The notes: a model not told the origin generated them from the sequence alone. A stretch of 62,668 bases of DNA, filler included, from Choristocarpus tenellus KU-1152 (GCA_964200185.2; 10 parts of 10 records of this genome joined end to end with filler, not necessarily neighbours in it), one strand, 5' to 3'. Counted from the first letter of the whole stretch, positions 12,577 to 25,614 are shown. Numbers and translations: made by a program.

Positions 12577-14365
12577 TTCCTCCGTTTGGAATTAAATGTA
12601 ACATAAATTTTGCAAGCTCCGTTCTCGCCCAGGGATGACCCTTGTGATAAACACTCTGGATGAGGCTTGGTTCTCATATACATTGGGAGGTGTGCAAAGA
12701 TTGAGATGGTGGGCTGTCATGACTGTGGAGGATCAATGGTGCAAAGTTGACCAAGGCGCATTTGACAGGATTCAAAAACCTCATGAATCTGTCAAAGTGG
12801 GTGTTTATTGGGATGATGATGATGATGATGACTAGGACAAAGGACCCCCGTTGTTTGAGGGGTTTGTTCATCCTATTGTCGCCTGTATGTTCCAATTCTT
12901 TGACCCAGAAGTCTGTCCAGTGTCAGGACTCAAACACCCCCCAATGAAGAACAGTGTGATGGCGCAATGCCTTGAGGTGAGAGAGCATGAGACTCCTATG
13001 CCTCGGGGGATGGCGGCGACCATTGCGGAGGACTTTGGAATTTCCCGAATCACTGTTTTCCATCATCTAAAGTAGTATGTCAGTCGAATAGCATGAGGTG
13101 AATGCATGGACCTTGTATGATGTCACAAGGGGCAATGTGGTAGCAGTACAAGTATCATTGATGTTTGGGGGATGTCCCATTGATACTCTGCACATCCTTC
13201 CACAAATGGGCGGTCAGAGCCGGGGTTTCCATTGCCTCGTTGTGGGATATGTGCAAGGGTGAGAAGGTGAAGTAGGTGAAGTGGCGGGTTAGGCCAGTCC
13301 TCTTAGATCAACAGAAGGTCAACAGGGTGGGTTTTGTCATAAGCCACGCATTAGGGGGATAGTGGGGTATTAGTGGATGATTGATACGACTGGGTGTGCG
13401 TGGACAACAACTGGTTTTACATCCTCATACATGAGCAAGGTGGTTTTACCTGCTCCCCACTGAGGACCCCTCCAACCCCCACGGGTACAGAATAAGCGTT
13501 ACATTATGATGGTGATTTTCCTCGCAGCTGTGGTCTGCCCTAGGAAGCTCTCGAATGGAGTGTGGTATTATGGGCAAATTGGGCAGGTTAGGGTTAGGGA
13601 TCTGGCTAATCATGGGCGGTTAAGGTGCTCAGTGCTCCTGTAAACACTGTCTCGAGGGCACCAAGGTGCTTGTTCCAGCCATGTTGGATGGGGAGATGTA
13701 TAAGAAGCTCATTTTCAAGGATGTCATCACGGCAATCAAGGCCTGCATGCCTAGGATGGAAGGATACACCATCTTTGTGCAGCAGTATGGGGAAAAATCA
13801 CACACCAAGGCGGGGATCAGGGAGGCAATGGAGGAGGCAGTGGGGGATGACATTGTCATAGAGACTCAGTCAGCCAACTCACCTGACCTCAATGTCAATG
13901 AACTGGTATTCTTTCATTCCATCCAGCAACTGAAGGAAGGTGTGGGAGTGACCAACACTAGGGACCTGGTGGAGGCTACAATGGAGGTCTTTGATGTGTG
14001 TGTACCCCTGGGAGACACTAGAATGCACCTGGCAGAGTCTCTTCACACTCTATGGTGGAGTGCTGGATTCCAAGGGTGACTCCGTCTTCAAAATTCGCCT
14101 TCTTTGCAAGGAAAAGGCTGGGAAGATGGGCAAGCTCCCCCCAAATGCCCAAGTGGATGCAGTGAAATACTGTCCTGGAATGGAGTTTTGGAGGGCTTCA
14201 GGGGTGGAATCATTGATAGGTGTAGGCTACCCCATTTTGCATGATATTTTGGTGGGCAACCTCTTTAGTGTCTGCACAGTACACCCATAAAATGTGAACA
14301 TTTCAAAAATATCTTCTTCATCTGGGCTGCAAAATTTGTGTTACATTTAATTCCAAACAAGAACA
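12577..14365 (+). mobile_element. Decayed plant-type mariner (Tc1/mariner, DD39D-like lineage) DNA transposon, inside the Roc gene intron
   Basis: TIRs 12584-12614 and 14328-14358 match at 30/31 nt; left end ttcctccgt resembles the CTCCCTCCGT of plant mariners/Stowaway; transposase remnant inside. Confidence 0.85.
12943..14200 (+). pseudogene. Mariner transposase pseudogene
   Basis: Motifs VDNNWFY (cf. HVDEKWF), VIFLAAVVCPR (cf. VMFLAAVARPR), FVQQYGEKSHT (cf. QQDNAxPH), QSANSPDLNVNELVFFHSIQQL (cf. QPPNSPDLNxLDLGFF); multiple stops and frameshifts. Confidence 0.88.
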
Positions 14366-14490
14366 TCTTTTTTGTTTGCTAAATCCTACGAAGGTGAAGC
14401 TCATCAATGACGTACCATTTATTTTAAATATATATATTCTTTCTTCCCTTGGTGCCCCCCCCCCTCCCCCCCTTTTGTTTCCCTCTGCAG

Positions 14491-14750
14491 GGTAGTGAGG
14501 AAAATGCTGATGATAATGGGGCAGAAGATCCGTCGCAGAGGACAAAGGGAACAGTGGAGAGCAAACTCTCTGTTACTGCCGGGGGGGAGACTTTGTCTGT
14601 GAGTGTGTGGGAGCATGGGGGTTTACGACCCTTTCGAGGCATACATGCTCTGGGTGGAGCTCTGGGACCGTTCTCTACAGCGTCTCTGGTTTTTGTGGTG
14701 ATCAGCCTTACAGAGGAGAAGCGGGAGCAGAGGAGGCAGATCAAATACTG
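14491..14750 (+). CDS. ROCO-family protein, Roc switch I/II exon (gene continues beyond contig end)
   Basis: Polypyrimidine-cag acceptor; SQRTKGTVESKLSV (switch I), LSVSVWEHGGLRPFRGIHAL (cf. WDFxGQ..Y...H), LVFVVISL...QIKYW typical of Roc; gt donor at 14751. Confidence 0.75.
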
Positions 14751-14910
14751 GTGTGTCATCTGGGGGGGGGGGGGATGTTGTTTGTAGTTACATCAGGAGA
14801 AGAAAAAAAANNNNNNNNNNNNNNNNNNNNNNNNNNNNNNNNNNNNNNNNNNNNTTAATTAATTAANNNNNNNNNNNNNNNNNNNNNNNNNNNNNNNNNN
14901 NNNNNNNNNN

Positions 14911-14929
14911 CCCCCAGATACTTCGACCC
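14911..14929 (-). mobile_element. MITE family B terminal fragment
   Basis: CCCCCAGATACTTCGACCC at contig start, same as the ends at 1201-1218 and 28505-28522. Confidence 0.55.
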
Positions 14930-17900
14930 TATTGAAAGAAAGAAGCAAAAGAAGAAATACCTCTTTGTAGGTATGAAGTGCATCGAAGAGGAACCCTGAC
15001 AAAACACACCAACACCGATACTTAGGGTTAGGGTACGAGGCCAATAATGTTGCCACACATCACAAGTTCCCATGGGAAAAAAAGGGAGAAGAAAACAGAG
15101 TCACTGGAAATACCACTCATCACATATTTAAAAAGTAAATAAACGGGGATGAAAAAAAATACTGAAAAAGAAAGAGATGATGAGAAGAGCAGCATTCACC
15201 AGGCAGTGGTGACGGTTCATGTGCTCTGATTCGCTTGGGCTCCCATAGCTGAAACTTTGGCATGACATACATAAGTTGTCTCAGCTTCCTTGGGATTCCG
15301 ACGATCTACAAAGCTCTTTATCCCAACAACCACAAACTTGCACCCTCAGAGTTTTGGTTTGCTGCCCTTGTACTCCATACCTCAACCATGATCCCAACCT
15401 TAACTTGCATGCACATCCACAAGTTATTTTCCTGCCCACCATACTTCTGTTCTCCGCCCACAAGTTCATAAAAATACTATTACCTATGGGAGTTGGTCAT
15501 CATCCCCCGTGCTAGCAGCGGACCCTGCAAACGGGATTCTCCAGTTTGTACAGTTTCCCAATACGATCACACCCAGTCTTCAAAAGGGTGTCTTTGTAGG
15601 ACAATGTGTGATTGGTGTCTTCCCATTTACGAATTCTGACTCACCACAGAAATTTGTGATGAGGAGAGTGAAGCATCATACATTACAATGTTGAACTTGA
15701 GGAAGTGTCAATTTCACACAACCATATAGCAAGACCTCAAGTACTTCAGCCTTTGGCATTCGATCATATGCCCAAATGGTACACCTGTGGTTCTGTCATG
15801 AAGCACTTGACTGTACCTGGTCAAACATCCCCAAGCGTTTTAAATCCATAGAATTATATCGGCTATGACAAAATATATACCACTAATGTCGCCTCCAAGA
15901 TTTGTCAGTCAGGTTTCAGTGCTGGCACAAAGCCCAGATCTGCATTATGTCTGTAGCCTCATTGTGAGGTAGAAGGCAAATGATATCCGTCTTAAACTCA
16001 GACACAGTCAGCCTTGGTCACAGCAGGCTCCTTGGAGATAACTGGGTCAGCTTTGAATTCCTTAACCATCATACGCACCACACATAGCACTGCAGCAAAT
16101 AAAGAAAAAAAAAACAGGGGAAAGAAGACACCCTTCAGGAAGGACCTTGCCCAACCTCAAACCAATCAATCCATACAATCTCCATCTTCAATATGGATGC
16201 ATGCCCACGTTCTGTCATCGAATTGGCAAGAATGACTAAAACGTCTTCTCAGGCAAACTTGGCAAACACAGCTCATAACAGCTCGCAATCAAAAGATATC
16301 CAGAGAGTGACAGACCTGTATCATATTTCACACTGAGGTCTTTTCTCTTTTGCAGTCCAATCAATTCAGAAACCCCCCGTTTCCCACTGACTTGAAAATC
16401 GGCAGTCAGCGGAGCATGTGACTTTCTGCTATTAGCATTTTGCTGATTTGTCAAGGAAAAATAAGCATTCTGCATCTACCAAGACTGTACAGAAAAGTTT
16501 AAATACATATCCGCAGTTTCTTTCATAGTCATAGCTGTGCCACGCACTAAATCACTACCCTATATATAACATTGATCATTTTTTCTCCCAATAGAAGTGT
16601 GGACCTTTCGCTGATGAGCCAATCCTATTATCTTCTTGACATCTTACCTTGGACTTTGACATGACGCCGGATCTTATGCAAGGACAAGACTTCATCATAC
16701 GTGATTTGAGAAAGTATATATCATATATTTTCCCTTTGTTTTAGGGAGCCTGGTCTTGATCATTCCTCAGGAACAGGTATCACTACCCAGCTCTCACCTT
16801 ATCTTGCAGTGATAAATTAAACTGGTTGATCATTTTGCTCCTTAATTGCAAGGTCTGTCGAGAGATGCTTTTTGCATCAGACAATTGTACAACTGAGAGG
16901 GATGCAGTTATTATGCAGGTAAGAAACAATACCATTGGACTCAGCTATTTAATTTATGACTGCTGCTACCAGGACAACTATTTTATTGTATACTGTTGTA
17001 TATTGATACATCGTCACAGAAATCCCAGTTGATTATATACCTGTTGTTAGGGAGGGGCTGTTGATCGTTCCTCTGACTGCCACAAACGAAAAAGGGAACC
17101 AAAGTGATTCAGCTAAATGTGGCGGGTGCATTAGAGACGGTGTACTAATGATAATTCACCCCTGCCTTCATCGAAAATCATACATATATGTATATATATA
17201 TATATATATATCAAGGCAGGTGACACACATCCATCACAACATTTAAGTGTACAGCATGGACATGTAACAAGCAGCAAGATTTTTATCGGCAGATTGGCAA
17301 ATATATATCACCCAACAGGATGAATTCGAACTGCAATCTCACCTAAGCACTCGAATTTGATACTTCATTGTTGGTATTATTACTTGCTCCTCTATTACTC
17401 GAATATATATTTATTCTATATTTGCTTGCATTAATCAGTTTGACTTGAGAACCAGACCCACACGATTGCAACAAGATGCATGCATTGACTTATCAATACA
17501 TACTTATCAATCTCAAGTCCTCGTGTACCCATGTGTTGAAAGCCATATCTACATATTAGTTCTGTGTGTGTGTGTGTGTGTGTGTGTCACGCACAAAGCT
17601 TTCCATTGAGGCACATTCCCATCCCCACAAACACACACACATGTCTATACCTATTTATATATATATTGGTGGTATGACCTGTTGGTAATGCAAAAAGCTG
17701 CAAAAAGACATGGGGAAGCGACGAGAGCGAAGGCGGCTGTATGGGCTCCACCTTGACCAAGGATCTGCAGATTTACTCACTTCAGAGGATGCAGCTGCTC
17801 TAAATCTGGGGAGGTTTGAGGAGGGGAAGGTACATGAAAAGCACCTATGCATATCATGATAGCATTTTCTAGAAGAGGATATGGTAGTGAGTTGCTGATA

Positions 17901-20900
17901 TATGTCCAGAATTTAGTGGGAAATGCTGTAACTACTTCTCTCAACGCTCTTAGCAAGGCAGAAGCCTCGGATCTGATGGCCGACTCCAAGAATTGGCATG
18001 CTGCAGATATATGTTTGGTTTAACTGATGACTATATGGTTAATTTTAGTAGAGTATCTATTTTTGAGGCACATCTCAAAGCATCGCTATCACGATTTTCA
18101 CTTCATGAGGCTAGGATAGAGTTCTAACCAACAGAAAACACATTGCAAGGTGACATGAGAAAAAACTAGACTCCAGAGTAGACAAATGAGAGGGAGAGAG
18201 GGATGCTCATCTGCTCTATATTACTGTACTAAACCCCCAAGGACCAGCACACAATACTGAATGCTTTTTCGACCCTGCAGAGGTGACTAGACATCTGCAA
18301 GTCCTTGGGAGCGAGCTACCTGCTCCAAAGTAGCATAATGAAATAAGCTCTGCACAGCATTGCACGTAGCAACATTGTTGCCTCACCATAAATGAGTGTG
18401 GTATTTCATTCCATGCCATTCCTAATGACAGGAGGACTTCAATTGGGTAGTAGAAGGCAATGGAGAGGCCACATGCATTGCAGACTACGATAGCCTGCAT
18501 GCCCCTGTGGTAGAACTCCTTACCCAAGATGACTTGACCTTGGCTATGCGGTATCTCAATCCTGCCATGAGCCCGGAGGAGGTCAAGGATATTTATGAGC
18601 AAGGTAGGCTTGTAATGCATACAACTGCAACTATGAAGTCGCATTTTCACACTTAGGATCACTCAGCTATGAGTGAACTCCCGTAAGCTTGAAGCATGAA
18701 TCATTACAGCACCACAGTTATTCATGCAATAGCCCAGAGTTACTGTATAAACATAGGGTTTTTTATTATGTTTTTGCTTATGGCCACATATCGCATATAC
18801 ATCCATTAACTCAATGAATCGAGTGGTGAAATACAAAAAATCTGCACAACTGACACAGGATTAGCACAAATATACAAACATGTGCATTGTATACAAGATA
18901 AAGTCAGGAAATCCATACCTTGTCACAGAAGCAAGACAAATTTCCCCATTTCAACCCAGGCACAACCCCCACGGGTTTTCCACGTACAAATCAATCCATC
19001 AATCCATACATCAAACATTCTGAAATCTACCGTAGCAAGTTAGGGTTCAGAAACACGAACACTAGGCATAGCTCTGTAGAAATTGAGCCTAGGAGTGACA
19101 GCACACGAACAGAGTGCTAACCAACCGTAAGATTTCACGTCCTCAATGATTGCTTGTAGGAAAAAATCACATGTGGGTCTGGGTTGACTTATGAATATAC
19201 CAAAATAAACTATTTGTACGTGTAAATGTTTATATGCATAAAATTGGTTAAGCAACAAAGTGCCGCATCACATACAACATAGTTCATTAATGAGTTGCAC
19301 ATGCTCTTTTGGAGAAGATAAGTACGTATAGTTGCAAATGATTACACTCTTCCACAACTCATGAGCTTGAAGTTTCAAAATACGCATTTATTTCATTTCC
19401 CAACGTACTTAGTAATGACAAAGATAGTGAAATTGTGAGTGTGCAATATGCAAAGCACTTTATCCTGAATCTATTTGAGTTCTTATTTTCAAAATAAGGT
19501 TTGATTCTGGACAGTGCTCATTTTTCATATTCTCTCCCACGAACCTGCAAGCAACCAATCAAGTTATTTCCTATCATACCTATTGATATGCTGATTTGAG
19601 GATTCAAATACGTTTTAACTTGTTTCATAAGTATCACGCCCTGAGCAATGATACTTCGAGTCTGTCTGTCTGCTGTAATACCCCACTGTTGGGATATACC
19701 TTTGATATTCTGGTCCACAAGATAAACGCTTCGGCAACGGAAAGTTACCACAACTTTCGAATCCAGACCATTGGTTATCGGTTAGGGTAGGGGGTAGGCA
19801 TCAACCAAACAATTATCTTTCCTATTTTCACTTGTAAACCTAGCCAAGGCTGCCGCGTCATGCATGAGAACACGCTGATATACTTCAGAGGACTTTGGGT
19901 GCAAGAGGAGACTGAAAATGCCAAAAAGTGAGTGGGATGAAACACCCTGAAAAGATATTGTATGGATCACTCAGTCTGCATGATGGTATCTAAATCCCAC
20001 CATGGGTGTGAAGGAAACCTAACAAATGCCCCATGCCATTAAAGCTGTTCTTATGGAACTCTCCAAGTATTGCCTCCAGAATCAAATGCACCCTCTCACA
20101 GCATGGTTTGTCTTGATCTCTCTGTTCTTGTTCACAACAGCCAAATCACTCGATGAAATAATCATGAGATAGCACCTCTCTAGCAGAGGAATATTTCTTA
20201 AAAATAACTTAAGTCTCTTTGGCCAGAAATGAGAATCACAGTAAACCTCATCTTCAGGTATTGGGCATGCACGGTGAATGATCACACACAGTGGGCAGCC
20301 CCTTACAAGGCCAAGGGATACCAAAGGAAGGAAATTGACAGAGAGGTAAGCAGGACGGCGAATGGCGAACATTCGAGAGTCACAACTGAACGCGTAAACA
20401 ACTCATTTCTCAGCTCGATTCAACTGCATACGACGGGTTAGATTGATGAAACTGGATCATAACTAACTCTGTTGTCGACCTCATATTTCTCAATCTTCCC
20501 GTGCCCTTCCATTCTAGAGCTCCAGATTGAACTTCCTATCTAGTGACACCAGTGCGAACTCCTAGGCCTGGAACAAGCACCCGCTCACCAAAAGCACTTC
20601 ATCATGGGCATGTGGTTGAAACCCTACTACAACCACTTTGACAAACCATTTTCGTAGAGTACTTATGTTGACCCCCTTAAAGAGTAACCAACACGTTTAC
20701 TGGCTCGCACTGACTTCTCAGGCATTTATTGAGCTCTGCCTCCGGTCCAAAGTTCTTGAGAGAAGTCCACTAGCATCTCATTTCCAAGAACCGCCAGGGG
20801 CACTCTGGCGGGCCTGGGATACAATTGTGGCTGCCTTGGAAATCACCCCACAGGTAGGTAGATGCAGGTTCCTCTGTTACTGTGCCAAACACGAAAATAT

Positions 20901-20961
20901 TTGTGTAGGTGGAATTTCATTGTATCATTTTCTGAAAAAGAAGTGTGTTAGGAGGTATTTT

Positions 20962-21023
20962 GACCCAAAGTATCTGACGGGGGGGGGGGGGGGGGGGGGG
21001 GTATACCCGGGGGTGTTTTTGGG
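20962..21023 (+). mobile_element. MITE family B terminal fragment
   Basis: GACCCAAAGTATCTG + poly-G + GTATACCCGGGGTGT, like the reverse complement of 44341-44385; runs into gap. Confidence 0.5.
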
Positions 21024-21123
21024 NNNNNNNNNNNNNNNNNNNNNNNNNNNNNNNNNNNNNNNNNNNNTTAATTAATTAANNNNNNNNNNNNNNNNNNNNN
21101 NNNNNNNNNNNNNNNNNNNNNNN

Positions 21124-21188
21124 ATGGGAAGCCAAGCCCCAAATGGACAAACAGGGCAAAACTCATACCCTCTAAGATACTTTCACTC
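21124..21188 (+). mobile_element. MITE family A, right-end fragment at contig start
   Basis: ATGGGAAGCCAAGCCCCAAATGGAC...TACCCTCTAAGATACTTTCACTC. Confidence 0.88.
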
Positions 21189-21959
21189 ATTTCGGTTCCA
21201 GTAAACCTGGAGGACCGTGTTACAGCTGCGGGAAGAATGGCCACCGGTTCGAGCTGATTACTCTCAGAGGAGGGCAGGACTACCAAAGTCGGTGGGAAGA
21301 TCATATCGTCAGAGGGCGAATCCGTTAGAGTCAGCGGGGATAATAGCTGAACCAGACAAACCAGCTAGGCAATGAAGGAAGTTCAAGACCATGTTAGCCA
21401 CTATGGCTTATTACGGCAATGTGAGATTGAATGCTTTCGAAACGTGGAGTTTTGAGTCGGGTGCTTCCAATAGTGTAACGAAAGACTCACAGTACATGTA
21501 TGACTTCACCACATGTCCACAAGGCCACAACATGACCGTGGCTGACGGCACATCAATACCCATTATGGTGTGTGGCAAGATTGATTTAAATTTCAATGTT
21601 GGCCGCGATGAGTGGGTGCATGTTACTTTGAAGTCTGTTACATTTGTCCCGAATGTAGCTTTCAATCTTCTCTCTTCTCATTCTGCTAGTAGGGATAAGG
21701 AAGTAGATAGCAATGAAGATGTTGATGGGGTGGATCAGACCAAGGACGGCCAATGTGAAAGGGAATTACGACGACTCAGCATTGGCAATGGTGAAGACAA
21801 CATCCTTCCCCACCGCACCAGATCAGGCAATCATCCTACTTCCGCCTAAGCTGCTGTTTTTGACATGTCCAATTATTATTATTTGTTTGTCTGTTTCCAT
21901 AGAGACTACACTTGTGATGTTTGCGAGTGATGATTCTATTGGAGTGTTAGCGGATGAAT

Positions 21960-23490
21960 TCCCTTCAGAACCCAAGACTGTAAGAGCAGCACGTAGCTCT
22001 CTTGAATGCGATTTATGGGATCGTGCTAGAGCAGAATAGATGTCTGGTTTGTTGATGAATAATGTTTGGGTGGAGGCCGTATTACCCCCTGGACGCAGGG
22101 CTATAGACACTAAACGGATTCACAAGCGTAAGACTAACAAATTTGGTGAGGTAGTTAGATACAAGGCACGTTTGGTAGCAAATGGTTTTCGACAAATTGA
22201 GGGTCTAGATTATCAAGATACCTTCGCACCAACACCGCCCCCTGCATCTTTGAGAATGGTTTTAGCTTTAGCTGCAGACAAGGATTGGGAATTGAAACAT
22301 TGGGATGTGAAACAAGCATTTATACAAGCAGATATTAGTGAAGAGATTTTTGTTCGTTTGTGTGATGGATGTGATGTATGGTCTGGAAAGATTGTACGTT
22401 TGTTCAAGGCACTTTATAGCACCAAACAGGCAAGCAGAGAGTTTAATAATCTGTTGGTGCACGTTTTGGAAAAGTGTGGTTTTGAGCAATGCAAAGCAGA
22501 CCCTTGTGTGTTACACTATATAAGAGATGGCGTTATTTGTCCTGTGATAGCCCCCCACGTAGATGATCTATTGGTAGCTGGTAAAATGAATGTTTTGATT
22601 TGAGTTCGCTCTAGGATCAAAGAGTAGTTTTCCATAGAAGACTTTGGTGATCTTGAGTATTACATGGGTTGTGAGATTGCACGTGACATAAATGCACAGA
22701 CTGTTACCATCAGTCAGACTAGGTACATTAAGAGTGTTTGCCAAAGATTTGGTATGGGTGGGGCAAAGAAGAGGTCGGTACGCCTTGATCTCTCAAGGGC
22801 TCCAGACAAGAGTGAGAATCATCCAAGTGTTGATAAAAATACACCGTACAGAGAGGCATCTATTACGAACAGGCTTGATATTGCAAATGCAGTTCGCGAA
22901 GTTGCCAAGTACAGTAGCAATCCCAAAGTCACACATTGGCGTGCAGTGAAATGCATTTTAGCATATTTGAATACATGTCCCAGTGTCGGATTGAGTTTTG
23001 GTGGTTTTGATACTGAGTGTGAGTTGAGTGCGTATGCTGATGCTAGTTACGCTGGAAACTGGAATAATCGTAGAACAGTGACTGGAGGAGCAATTATGTT
23101 TGCAGGAGGAGCAATATCTTGGATGTCAAAGGTACAAATAGTTGTAGCTCTATCTTCCACAGAGAGTGAATACATAGCTCTTAGCAGTGTGGCACAGGAA
23201 TTACTTTGCTTGAGAAGTGTTTTTGAGTTTATTCAGCAACAGGTTCCTATGCGTTGCATTGAATTGTTTGAGGATAACGATGGTGCATGCAAACTAGTAC
23301 GCGAAATGCCACAGGCTCTACTGGAACAAAGCACATTGATGTCTGACATCATTTTCTGAGGGATTTATCTAGAAAAGGAGAGATTCGTGTTGTTTTTGTT
23401 GGTACTGCGAATCAGAGGGCAGATGTATTGACCAAGAATTTGCGAGTTTGAGTTTATAGACAACATAAAGTTATTGATGAACATGTGACA
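21960..23490 (+). pseudogene. Copia reverse transcriptase / RNase H, disrupted by stops and frameshifts
   Basis: ORFs 22040..22603 and 22664..23359 carry RVT_2 and Copia RNase H motifs, separated by in-frame stops. Confidence 0.93.
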
Positions 23491-23558
23491 AAACATGTAT
23501 GTTTTATTTTTTGTTGTGATTGTTTGAGAGATAATACTTGTTTTCAGCAAGGGGAGGA

Positions 23559-23826
23559 TGTCGAATAACCTAGTGTTATCCTTACGTTATCTGTGCTGAT
23601 CCAAGTAAACAACACAACTTATATGTACGTTGATCTTTAGTTTTGTACAATACAAGGTAGTAATGTACACAGCGGTATGTTATGGTGAGTTAGTGGGACA
23701 TTAGTGGGACAATAGTATCAAGTGGACAATACCCTACAGACAATTAATAATTCAGTGTGTGCGTTACCATGTAATTCAACTGCTATCTTCCGGCGACGAG
23801 CCTCATGTGCGCCAAGCTTCTCAACA
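23559..23826 (+). repeat. Putative 3' LTR (~268 bp) preceded by polypurine tract
   Basis: PPT AAGGGGAGGA (23549-23558) then TGTCGA...TCAACA near-inverted termini; the 5' LTR is absent from this contig. Confidence 0.7.
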
Positions 23827-24140
23827 CAACCAACCTGTTAGCGGAAAGTCCTTCACTGTTAGTACATGACAGAAACTTCGAGCTACCATGGTTGGAAACT
23901 TACCAGTGTGTTGTATACAGTATGAGAAGGTTTATGATTTTGTTCTGTGCATGTGTTGTTGGTTGCAGAGTTAAAGTTCAACCTTTTCTCAATGGTTCTT
24001 TCAACCTGGACGTCAATCAGGTGGAATTTATTGGCGGGGAGGAATTCTTTGAAGTTGATCCCATCAGCATGTGGACCTCTTATTTTTTCATCAACCCGCG
24101 GAAAGAATTTTGGTTTGTTCACATTGAAGGCTAGGTAGGA
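23827..24140 (+). pseudogene. Fragment of a second Copia element (protease / pre-integrase region)
   Basis: KLRATMVGNLPV...HVLLVAELKFNLFS resembles the Copia VL(Y)VPxLxxNLxS segment. Confidence 0.55.
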
Positions 24141-24241
24141 GGAGAATGCCTACAAACGTCTACACCATCACGTAGACCAACTCCCCCCTACCCACCCGAT
24201 GAGACCAAAGTGGCATTTGCGCTTTGAGGAACAGCAGTAAT

Positions 24242-24935
24242 CAACCTCGCCCAAGAGAAGGCTGGAGGTGTCACTTAGCGCAGGATGGGGATGGGAGTAA
24301 TGACCTTGCCCAGGCGGGGGCTAGAGGAGTCGACATTCGAACAGGATGAGGCTGGAGGTACTGACCTAGGAGCCAAAGTGTCTTAGAGGGTAGGGCCGCG
24401 TCCATTTTGGGGGCAAATTCCAATGTTCCGATTTTGATTAAATTTTGGATATTGTGTTAGTTAGGAAGTGTCAATATCCTTGTTCCGGACAGATATTTTC
24501 ATAATGTATACAATTTACCTACTCCGAAACATTTTGGAGTAGGAAAATGTAACAAAAAACCCCATAGGAAGCCAAGCCCCAAATGGACAAACAGGGCAAA
24601 ACTCGTACCCTCTAAGATACTTTCACGCCTAGCCCACACTGGAGCTAGAGATGTCGATCTCGCCCAAGGGGGGAATGGTGGGGATATCGATCGAGAAGGA
24701 TTGGTGATTGGGGTTATTTCATCAGTGGAGGTGTCGATTTCGTGCAGGACGGGGATTGAAGTATCAAACTCGTCCAGGAGGGGGCTAGAGGAGTCGACTT
24801 CGCACAGGTTGAGACTGGCGATATCGACCTAGCCCACGCTGGGGCTAGAGATGTCGATCTCGCCCAAGAGGGGAGTGGTGGGAATATCGATCAAGAAGGA
24901 GTAATGATTGAGGCTACTAGATCAGTGGAAGATGC
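24242..24935. repeat. Degenerate 30-bp tandem repeat with ~200-bp higher-order duplication, interrupted by a MITE
   Basis: Units like CGACCTAGCCCACGCTGGGGCTAGAGATGT; 24629-24735 resembles 24830-24935. Confidence 0.8.
24370..24628 (+). mobile_element. MITE family A, full copy with CTAG target-site duplication
   Basis: ctag|GAGCCAAAG...TACTTTCACGC|ctag; splits a 30-bp repeat unit gacctag^cccacac. Confidence 0.93.
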
Positions 24936-25614
24936 TGTAGTGATGAGTACGCTTCCCCCACGGGGGTTGAAGTGAATGTCATTGTCCCAGTGGGAATTAT
25001 TGGGGGGGAGGGACCTACCCCAAAGATGGAACCGCCAGTGCTTGATCCAGGGGGGTCAACTAGTCCGAATGCAGCGTCAGAGGTTGGTGTTGATGGACCT
25101 GATGAGCTCGCCCAAGGTAGGACTGAAGCTTGTTAGAACTCAAGCAAACCCCTTGTTTACCGAGGAGATAGTAAGCTGAAGAACAGGATATGAGCTGACT
25201 GGTGTTCGAGCAAAAGCTACGCCCGGGGATCGCAAGCTGTAGATTTGATGTTTCGCCCGAGGGTTGCTCTATCACTCACTCTAATCAGCGACCAACTTCG
25301 GCGGGACAGATACTAATGTGAGGGTGTGTATCCTGTGGGCGTGTATAACCTTTTGACGGATGTGTAATCATGTAACCATGCCAGGATTCGATCTCATGAC
25401 AGTAGCGTTGGTAAGAACACTAGTAAACCGCTGTGTCTACCAAGCAGATACAGTACCTACCCCGACTTTGTGCACCCATCGGCATGCCCGAAAAAAGCGG
25501 CACAGAATTTATATNNNNNNNNNNNNNNNNNNNNNNNNNNNNNNNNNNNNNNNNNNNNTTAATTAATTAANNNNNNNNNNNNNNNNNNNNNNNNNNNNNN
25601 NNNNNNNNNNNNNN

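Larger units (their letters stand above)
21190..23826 (+). mobile_element. Ty1/Copia LTR retrotransposon, degenerate, with internal integrase deletion
   Basis: Gag knuckle CYSCGKNGH (~21218); protease WSFESGAS (cf. WxxDSGAS); VTFVPNVAFNLLS; RT motifs EPKT, YKARLVANGFRQIEGLDY, WDVKQAF, HVDDLLV; RNase H AYADASYA, VALSSTESEY, ADVLTK; PPT and 3' LTR. Confidence 0.93.
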
